Source: Rhodobium gokarnense
GTDB taxonomy: Bacteria; Pseudomonadota; Alphaproteobacteria; Rhizobiales; Rhodobiaceae
NCBI RefSeq assembly: GCF_025961475.1
Contig: NZ_JAOQNS010000009.1
Coordinates: 22,587 to 86,586, forward strand
Direction of reading: 5' to 3'
Length of the DNA: 64,000 nt
In this document: one piece after another, positions 57,775-64,000 of the stretch
How the letters are laid out: every line of letters begins with the position of its first letter
Numbering within the stretch: position 1 is the stretch's first letter
Notes under the pieces: model-generated
Database searches by the model: none
What the model was told of the DNA's origin: nothing
The model's input: only the letters and a program-made list of their open reading frames with translations
Program-made: the position numbers and the translations under genes

Positions 57775-58281
57775 TTACCCCGCCGCCAGGTGCTTGAATG
57801 CCGCGACGACCTGGACATAGACGTCGCGCTTGAACGGCACGATCAGGTCCGGCAGGCGCTCCAGGCGCTCCCAGCGCCAGGCGCTGAATTCCGGCTTGTG
57901 GTCGTCGCCCGGATTGTCGACGTCGATCTCCGATTCCGGGCCGGTGAAGCGCATGGCGAACCATTTCTGCTTCTGGCCCCGGTAGCGGCCCTTCCAGGCA
58001 ATGCCGATCATCTCGTCCGGCAGGTCATAGGTAAGCCAGTCCCCGGTCTCGCCGATGATCTCGGCCGAGCGCACGCTGGTCTCCTCGAAGAGCTCGCGCT
58101 TGGCTGCCTCGGCCGGGTCCTCGTTCTTGTCGATGCCGCCTTGCGGGAACTGCCACCAGTAGCCGGCCCCCTCCGCATCGTCCGGCTCGAAGCGGCGCTC
58201 GCCGGCCCACACCAGGCCGTCGTCGTTGAACAAGACGACGCCGACGCAGGGGCGGTAGGGAAGATCGTCCTTGGCGACCAT
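57775..58281 (-). CDS. rppH: RNA pyrophosphohydrolase (Nudix)
   Basis: Start [19 protein letters not shown]; Nudix box [23 protein letters not shown]; RppH-type C-terminal region. Confidence 0.88.
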   Translation of the reverse strand: MVAKDDLPYRPCVGVVLFNDDGLVWAGERRFEPDDAEGAGYWWQFPQGGIDKNEDPAEAAKRELFEETSVRSAEIIGETGDWLTYDLPDEMIGIAWKGRYRGQKQKWFAMRFTGPESEIDVDNPGDDHKPEFSAWRWERLERLPDLIVPFKRDVYVQVVAAFKHLAAG

Positions 58282-58349
58282 CGGATGGGACCTCGCTGAT
58301 TTTCTGCCGGCCTCGCGCGGGGCCGCGGGCGGGGGAGAAGAAAAGGCCG

Positions 58350-59534
58350 TCAGCGCTGGCGCCGGCGCACCACTGCGGAGATCGGTACCAGAACCACCCC
58401 CCGGCTTTCCAGCGATTTCGCCCATTCGGAGATGCGCTCCACCGTCACCGGCAGCGCCGAGGCGACGCCGATGCCGGTGCCGTTGGTCCGCGCGATGGTC
58501 TCAAGCTCCAGGAGCCGGGTGTCGATATCGGCAGCCGCCGGCGAGGCGTCGATCACGACCTCGCTCTTGGCGTAGGGCGTGCCGGTGGCGTGGGCGATGC
58601 TCTGGGACAGGCTGCGCGGCGAGGTGCCGTCGTCGAGATACATCAGGCCGCGCCGGCCGATGTCCTCCATGAAGAAGGCGAGCGCCTTGGGATCGGCGGT
58701 GAAGCGCGCGCCCATATAGTTGACGACGCCCACATAGTTGGTCAGCCGCGACAGCACCCAGCGCAGCCGGGCAAGGTTCTCCGAGGGCGCGAGCGAGGTC
58801 AGCAGCGTGTGCGGGCCGGGGTCGTTATCCGGGAAGTCGAACGGCTCCAGCGGCACCTGCAAGAGAAGCTCGTGGCCACCCGTGCGGGCCTTCTGCATCC
58901 ACCTGTCGAGGCTGCCGCCATAGGGCGCAAAGGCGAGCGTCGTCTCCTTCGGCAGCTTGCGGAGCGCTTCCTGGGTGCCGGTCTGGGACAGCCCGAGGTC
59001 GCCGACGATGATGGCGATCTGCGGCGCGTTCTTCAGGTTCGGCGAAATCGGTGCGGAGTAGAGGTCGAACGGCCGGCTGCCGTCGACCGAGCGCCGCGGC
59101 AGCGGGCCGTTGCGGCCCTGCTCCATGAGTTTGGGGATCGGCTGGGTGGAGAGCGCGCCGTCCGGCCCGACCTCGGGCTCCACGGCGGCGATGTCCTCGC
59201 CCGGCGGCTTGATCGCGGTGATCACCGAGCCGTCGCCGAGGGTCGCGGCATCGCCCGCGTCGTCCGTGCCCGCCTCGCCGGGGGCAGGCGCCTCCTTGGG
59301 GATGTCGACCACATCGACGGTGGCGGACGGCGATTTGTTGAGGGTCGGCGCGATGTCGACGGTCGCCATCGGCTCGCCGCCATGGGGATCGTCGACCAGC
59401 GACAGCCAGGCGGTGACCGTCGAGCCGACGATCAGAAACAGGGCGAAGGCGAGAAGACCGAACGGAAAGCGGCGCTTCTTGCGGTCCGCCTTGGGTTTTC
59501 CGCCAAGGGGTGCGGTCAGGTTGTCCGCTGCCAT
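58350..59534 (-). CDS. divergent polysaccharide deacetylase family protein (YibQ-like)
   Basis: N-terminal TM anchor then [13 protein letters not shown]...[10 protein letters not shown]...[11 protein letters not shown] typical of PF04748. Confidence 0.8.
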   Translation of the reverse strand: MAADNLTAPLGGKPKADRKKRRFPFGLLAFALFLIVGSTVTAWLSLVDDPHGGEPMATVDIAPTLNKSPSATVDVVDIPKEAPAPGEAGTDDAGDAATLGDGSVITAIKPPGEDIAAVEPEVGPDGALSTQPIPKLMEQGRNGPLPRRSVDGSRPFDLYSAPISPNLKNAPQIAIIVGDLGLSQTGTQEALRKLPKETTLAFAPYGGSLDRWMQKARTGGHELLLQVPLEPFDFPDNDPGPHTLLTSLAPSENLARLRWVLSRLTNYVGVVNYMGARFTADPKALAFFMEDIGRRGLMYLDDGTSPRSLSQSIAHATGTPYAKSEVVIDASPAAADIDTRLLELETIARTNGTGIGVASALPVTVERISEWAKSLESRGVVLVPISAVVRRRQR

Positions 59535-59801
59535 GATCGTCCGCCGCCTAAAGCATGTTTGGGTTTATTTGAGATGCTTTAGTCCATTGTTTCGAGACGA
59601 TTTCTTATCCAAAAACTTGGTTAATTTTTTGCCAAAACGCTCCGGGATAGGACTCCCGGAAGCGGGCCGCGGACCAGGACAGGTGCAAAACCGATCGGCA
59701 AAAGCACGGGGAAAACCAGATCAAACGCCGCGCGTTTGGGGCCCGCCGGATACGGGTCAGGGGAGGCGGCCGGGCCTCGGCCGCCTCTCAGGACCTCTTC
59801 G

Positions 59802-61139
59802 TCAGTTCGGGATCCCTGCATTCGGGTCCGGCGGGAAGGCGCTGTTCTGCTGCAGCCCGCGCAGGAGTTCCAGGGCGTAGGAGAGCTGCGCGTCGTCCTT
59901 CGGATCCGGCGGCACATAGGCCTGGGAGGCGGCGACCGCTTCCTTGTCCTCGCCCTCCTCGGAGGTGAGGTGGCCGCGCAGGCCCGCTTCGCCCTTGGTT
60001 TCCGTGCGGCCCTTCAGCTCGTCCGGAACCTCCTGCAGGATCTCGATGTCCGGATCGATGCCCTTGGCCTGGATCGAGCGGCCGGCCGGCGTGTAGTAGC
60101 GCGCCGTGGTCAGCCGGATGGCGCCGTTGGAGCCGAGCGGGATAATGGTCTGCACCGAGCCCTTGCCGAAGGAACGGGTGCCGAGCACCGTTGCCCGCCG
60201 ATGGTCCTGCAGCGCGCCGGCGACGATTTCCGAGGCCGAGGCCGAGCCGCCATTGATCAGCACGATCACCGGCTTGCCCTTGGCGAGGTCGCCGGAGCGG
60301 GCGTTGTAGCGCCGGGTTTCCTCGGCGTTGCGGCCGCGCGTGGAGACGATCTCGCCGCGGTCGAGGAAGCTGTCGGAGACCGCGATCGCCTGGTCGAGGA
60401 GCCCGCCCGGATTGTTGCGCAGGTCGACGACGAAGCCCTTCAACTTGTCTTCCGGCACGTCCTTGGAGATCTCGTCGATGGCCTCGCGCAGCCCGTCGAA
60501 GGTCTGCTCGTTGAACTGGGTGATGCGGATGTAGCCGGTGTCGTCCTCGACCCGGCTGCGCACCGAGCGGATGCGGATGATGTCGCGGGTGATGGTGATC
60601 TTCAGGGGCTCGGTCGCGCCCTTGCGGATCACCGTCAGCGTCAGGTCGGTGTTGACCGGGCCGCGCATCTTCTCCACCGCCTGGGCCAGCGTCAGGCCGC
60701 GCACCTGTTCGCCGTCGAGATGGGTGATCAGGTCGTTGGCGAGGATGCCGGCCTTGTGCGCCGGGGTGCCGTCGATCGGCGCCACCACCTTGACGACGCC
60801 GTCCTCCATGGTGACCTCGATGCCGAGGCCGCCGAACTCGCCGCGGGTCTGCACCTGCATGTCCTTGAAGGATTTCGGCGACAGGTAGCTGGAATGCGGA
60901 TCGAGCGCCGTCAGCATGCCGTTGATCGCCGATTCCACCAGCTTGGTGTCCTCGGGAACCTCGACATAGTCGGAGCGCACGCGCTCGAAGACGTCGCCGA
61001 AGAGCTGAAGCTGCCGATAGGTGTCGGAGGCTGCGGCATTGGCGGAGCTGCCGAAGACGATCCTCGTCGGCGACAAGGTCACCGCGACTGCTGCGCCGAG
61101 CAGCGCACCGACCATCAGGAGAGAGACTTTACGAATCAT
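59802..61139 (-). CDS. ctpA: carboxy-terminal processing protease (S41 family)
   Basis: Start MIRKVSLLMVGALLGAAVA; PDZ domain then S41 catalytic region (GGSASASEIVAGALQD, K in TRSFGKGSVQT). Confidence 0.9.
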   Translation of the reverse strand: MIRKVSLLMVGALLGAAVAVTLSPTRIVFGSSANAAASDTYRQLQLFGDVFERVRSDYVEVPEDTKLVESAINGMLTALDPHSSYLSPKSFKDMQVQTRGEFGGLGIEVTMEDGVVKVVAPIDGTPAHKAGILANDLITHLDGEQVRGLTLAQAVEKMRGPVNTDLTLTVIRKGATEPLKITITRDIIRIRSVRSRVEDDTGYIRITQFNEQTFDGLREAIDEISKDVPEDKLKGFVVDLRNNPGGLLDQAIAVSDSFLDRGEIVSTRGRNAEETRRYNARSGDLAKGKPVIVLINGGSASASEIVAGALQDHRRATVLGTRSFGKGSVQTIIPLGSNGAIRLTTARYYTPAGRSIQAKGIDPDIEILQEVPDELKGRTETKGEAGLRGHLTSEEGEDKEAVAASQAYVPPDPKDDAQLSYALELLRGLQQNSAFPPDPNAGIPN

Positions 61140-62560
61140 CCGTCGACCTTTTGATTTTCCGTATCGACCCACCACGGGGCCGAATCGATTGCCTTGCCGT
61201 CCTTGCGAAACTCTATGTAAAGGACTGGCTGGGTGGACCCAATGTCAAGCGTCGCCGCGCTGGCCAGACGCTGCGTCCCCATCACCGCGATCGGCTCGCC
61301 GGCCAGAACGAACTGGCCCAGTTCCACGTCGATCGTTTCCATGCCAGCCAGTAGAATATGATAGCCGTCGCCCGCATTTAGGATCAAGAGTTGACCGTAG
61401 CTGCGGAACGGGCCGGCATAGACGACCCAGCCGTCCGCCGGGGCGACGATCCGCGCCCGCGGCCGCGTCGAGACGGAAAGGCCCATGGACTCCCCGCCGA
61501 TGCCGTCGTCATCGCCATAGTGCCGGAGCACCGCGCCGCGCGCCGGCAGCGCGAGGTGCCCCTTGGTCTTGATGAAGGCAACGGCCGGGGCGAGCCGGTT
61601 GGCGCTGGTATCGGCGACCGCCTCCTCGCCCTTTTCTTCCCGTTCCTTTGCGGCCCTTGCCGCGGCCTCCGCCGCGTCGCGGGCCGAGGCGATTTCCTTT
61701 TCCAGGTCAGCGACGAGGTCCTTCAGGGACGTCGCCTTGGCGGCCAGTTCCTCGGCCTTCTTCTTTTCCGCGGCAAGCGCCTCGTTGCGGGCCCTGAAGC
61801 GCGCCTTCTTGTCGGCAAGGAGGACGCCGAGCCGCGCCCGTTCCTCCGCCAGCCGCCGGGCATCGCCGGAAAGCCTGTCGCGCTCCGCCGCCATCTGCCG
61901 CTTCAGCGCGGTCAGCTCGGCAAGGTTACCTGCCAGCGCCTCGGCTTCCAGCCGCAGTTCGGGCAGCACGCCGCCGAGGAGAATCGCGCTGCGGACGGCG
62001 GCAAGTGCGTCTTCCGGCCGCACCGCCAGCGCCGGCGGCGGCTTCTGGCCGATCCGCTCCAGCGCGGCAAGCACCTCGGCAAGCACCGCCCGGCGCTTGG
62101 AGAGCGACAGGCGCACCTCGTCTTCGTTGCCGCCGAGCCGCTCGTAGCGCTCCTCGCTTTCCGCGAGCGCCGTCTCCAGGCGGTGGACGCGTTCCGCGGT
62201 GCGGATGAGGGCGGCATTGAGGCTCGCCCGGTCCTGGTCCAGTTCGGCGATCTCGCGGGCGATCGTCTCCTGCCGGTCGCCGGAAATCTCGATGTCGCGG
62301 GTGAGCGCGGCCAGTTCCTCCTCGCGCGCGCTCTTGCGCGCGGCGATCTCGGCAACCGCTTCGGGCGCCGCCTCGTCGGCCGGGGCCGCCACCTCTTCCT
62401 CGGCCTTCGCCAGCACGTCCGGCGCCGCGAAGCCCCCGGCGCCGGCGACGAGCGCCAGGCTGAAGAGCCCGATCAGGGAGGTGCGGCCGGCCGATGCGGA
62501 CACGGGTGATGCCAAGTGAGAATCCAATGCCGTTATGAGACCGTTAAGGTTACGCGGCAA
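61136..62560 (-). CDS. murein hydrolase activator EnvC-like (coiled-coil plus degenerate/LytM M23 domain)
   Basis: Long Ala/Glu/Arg-rich coiled coil then C-terminal M23/LytM domain (GVDIA...GWVVYAGPFRSYGQLLILNAGDGYHILLAGM); exact start uncertain (signal peptide begins near SLIGLFSLALVAGAGG; likely GTG within 5' region). Confidence 0.75.
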   Translation of the reverse strand: MPRNLNGLITALDSHLASPVSASAGRTSLIGLFSLALVAGAGGFAAPDVLAKAEEEVAAPADEAAPEAVAEIAARKSAREEELAALTRDIEISGDRQETIAREIAELDQDRASLNAALIRTAERVHRLETALAESEERYERLGGNEDEVRLSLSKRRAVLAEVLAALERIGQKPPPALAVRPEDALAAVRSAILLGGVLPELRLEAEALAGNLAELTALKRQMAAERDRLSGDARRLAEERARLGVLLADKKARFRARNEALAAEKKKAEELAAKATSLKDLVADLEKEIASARDAAEAAARAAKEREEKGEEAVADTSANRLAPAVAFIKTKGHLALPARGAVLRHYGDDDGIGGESMGLSVSTRPRARIVAPADGWVVYAGPFRSYGQLLILNAGDGYHILLAGMETIDVELGQFVLAGEPIAVMGTQRLASAATLDIGSTQPVLYIEFRKDGKAIDSAPWWVDTENQKVDG

Positions 62561-62771
62561 GCCGTTAACGATCCGTCAACCATACCGCAGAACATGGAAA
62601 AGCCCGGCGACGGCGGCAAGTGTTGCTTCCAATCATGGTTATTTCCAGGCCGCGACCGCTGGTTTCCAACGGAAAGCCGCGGAGATCGGCCACTGGCGAA
62701 GGCGCGGCCGCTCCTTTCCTATCCCCCGCGCGCGCCGGCGCGAAGGCCGGGGAGGGCCTTTGCGGGATCAC

Positions 62772-63254
62772 TTATTCGCGATGATAGGGATGGCCGGACA
62801 GAATCGTGGTCGCCCGGTAGAGCTGTTCGAGGAGAAGGACGCGGGCGATCTGGTGCGGCCATGTCATCGTCCCGAGCGAGAGCTTCAGGTCGGCGCGGGC
62901 AAGCAGCTCCGGCCCGTGGCCGTCCGGCCCGCCGAGGACGAAGGCGATTTCCGGCGCGCCGCCGTCGCGGGTCGCGGCCAGCCAGTCGGCGAACGCCCGG
63001 CTCGACATCGACTTGCCGGCCTCGTCGAGGGCGACCACGACGGCTCCGGGCGCAAATGCCCCGGCGAGCGCGGCGGCCTCCTCGGCGGCGCGCTCGGTTG
63101 CCGAGCGGGCGCGCGATTCGGCGATTTCCTGAAGATCGAAGCGGGTGATGCCGAGGTTGCGGCCGCTCTTTGCCGTGCGCCCGGCATAGCGCTCGACGAG
63201 CTGGCGCTCGGCGCCGGCCTTCAGCCGGCCGACGGCCGCAACGAGAATGCGCAT
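62772..63254 (-). CDS. rlmH: 23S rRNA (pseudouridine1915-N3)-methyltransferase
   Basis: Start MRILVAAVGRLK; SPOUT fold length about 160 aa, C-terminal ...WPHQIARVLLLEQLYRA... Confidence 0.88.
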   Translation of the reverse strand: MRILVAAVGRLKAGAERQLVERYAGRTAKSGRNLGITRFDLQEIAESRARSATERAAEEAAALAGAFAPGAVVVALDEAGKSMSSRAFADWLAATRDGGAPEIAFVLGGPDGHGPELLARADLKLSLGTMTWPHQIARVLLLEQLYRATTILSGHPYHRE

Positions 63255-63394
63255 AAACCCTCTTTGCGCGGAGGAGCCGGGAGCCGGCCCTGTCCGCCGC
63301 ATATTCCACTCAACGACGTTCCGGTCCGCCCGTCACGCGGGGCAGGCGGCCGCGTCGATCGGCCCTCCGCTCGCTCAGGCGAGCGGTGCGGACC

Positions 63395-63784
63395 TCAGAC
63401 GAAATACCGGTCGTTCGTCGGCACGTCTGCCGCCCACATCTTTTCCAGATTGTAGAACGCCCGGACTTCGGGGCGGAAGATGTGGATGATGACGTCGCCG
63501 GTGTCGATCAGGACCCAGTCGCAATGCGGCAGGCCCTCGACCTTGGCGGTGCCGAAACCGGCCGTCTTCAGGTCGCGCAGCAGGTGGTCGGCGATCGCCC
63601 CCACGTGGCGATGCGACCGCCCCGAGGCGACGACCATATGGTCGGCCAGAGCGGACTTTCCGGTGATGTCGATGGGGTTGATGTCCTCGGCCTTGGAGTC
63701 TTCCAGGCTCTTGAGAACGGTCTCCAGCGCTTCCCGCACGGTGTCATGCGTACGGCCAAGCGGCGCTTCGGGCGCGCGAGTCAT
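63395..63784 (-). CDS. rsfS: ribosome silencing factor RsfS (Iojap)
   Basis: DINPIDITGKSALADHMVVASGRSHRHVGAIADHL...WVLIDTGDVIIHIF typical RsfS; start MTRAPE (alternative upstream MML). Confidence 0.88.
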   Translation of the reverse strand: MTRAPEAPLGRTHDTVREALETVLKSLEDSKAEDINPIDITGKSALADHMVVASGRSHRHVGAIADHLLRDLKTAGFGTAKVEGLPHCDWVLIDTGDVIIHIFRPEVRAFYNLEKMWAADVPTNDRYFV

Positions 63785-64000
63785 CGCGGCCTCGCCGTCA
63801 AGCATCATGCTCAGGGATTTTACCTCTCGCCATGCGATACCGGTTGCTGCATCGGCGGTCTTGCCGATGCTTCGAGACTGCCTGCAACCAAGCGTCAGCC
63901 TCATGTATAAAATAAGCGTTTCAGGGTGACGATTTCAAGACGCCTTTGATTCCGTAAGATTGCGGGCCTCGCGCGGCCCTGTCGCCCGGGGAGTGGCGCG

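Noticed and set aside
57373-57964. ORFs 57373-57648 (+) and 57467-57964 (-) between the islet and rppH
   Set aside because: They overlap the promoter region or are antisense to rppH. No RBS and no coding-like composition.
61136-62560. ATG start MPRNLN... for envC-like gene
   Set aside because: The signal peptide begins about 25 residues in and there is no internal ATG. The true start is probably a GTG/TTG within this stretch. The 3' end is kept and 5' uncertainty flagged rather than asserting the ATG.

Overview
This window is a high-GC (about 65%) chromosomal segment from an alphaproteobacterium of the Rhizobiales type. Markers supporting that placement are a BA14K-family gene, chvI/chvG adjacent to an hprK-EIIA(Man)-NPr partial PTS, divergent pckA, and a tsaE/amgK-murU-addB-addA-trxA block. 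Most of the window is densely packed, syntenic housekeeping genes: lpdA, xerC-like recombinase, priA, the atpHAGDC operon, an M20 peptidase plus Dpp-type peptide ABC transporter, SDR, aroA-cmk-rpsA, sppA-ihfB-lapA-like, a flotillin-like SPFH protein, grpE, trxA, addAB, a PAS histidine kinase, ahcY, the PTS(Ntr)-like trio, chvG/chvI, pckA, rppH, ctpA, an envC-like M23 activator, rlmH, rsfS and one tRNA-Ala(GGC). Many long ORFs in the six-frame track are antisense GC-artefacts and are rejected. The standout feature is a roughly 1.1 kb AT-rich islet (56.5-57.6 kb) inserted into the conserved BA14K...rppH-ctpA-envC-rlmH-rsfS neighbourhood. It carries a two-gene operon with a Panacea/DUF4065-domain protein (candidate PanA antitoxin) start/stop-overlapped (ATGA) with a family-less 137-aa protein predicted to have 2-3 TM helices (candidate membrane toxin). 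The operon has its own strong sigma70-like promoter, a palindromic candidate operator, and imperfect flanking direct repeats. Secondary observations are a dispersed family of about 180-bp MITE/REP-like palindromic elements at three loci (one inside the dpp-like operon, one tandemly duplicated with a 357-bp period), repeat motifs flanking the tRNA, and a few candidate operator palindromes. No rRNA, CRISPR array, integrase or transposase was seen.
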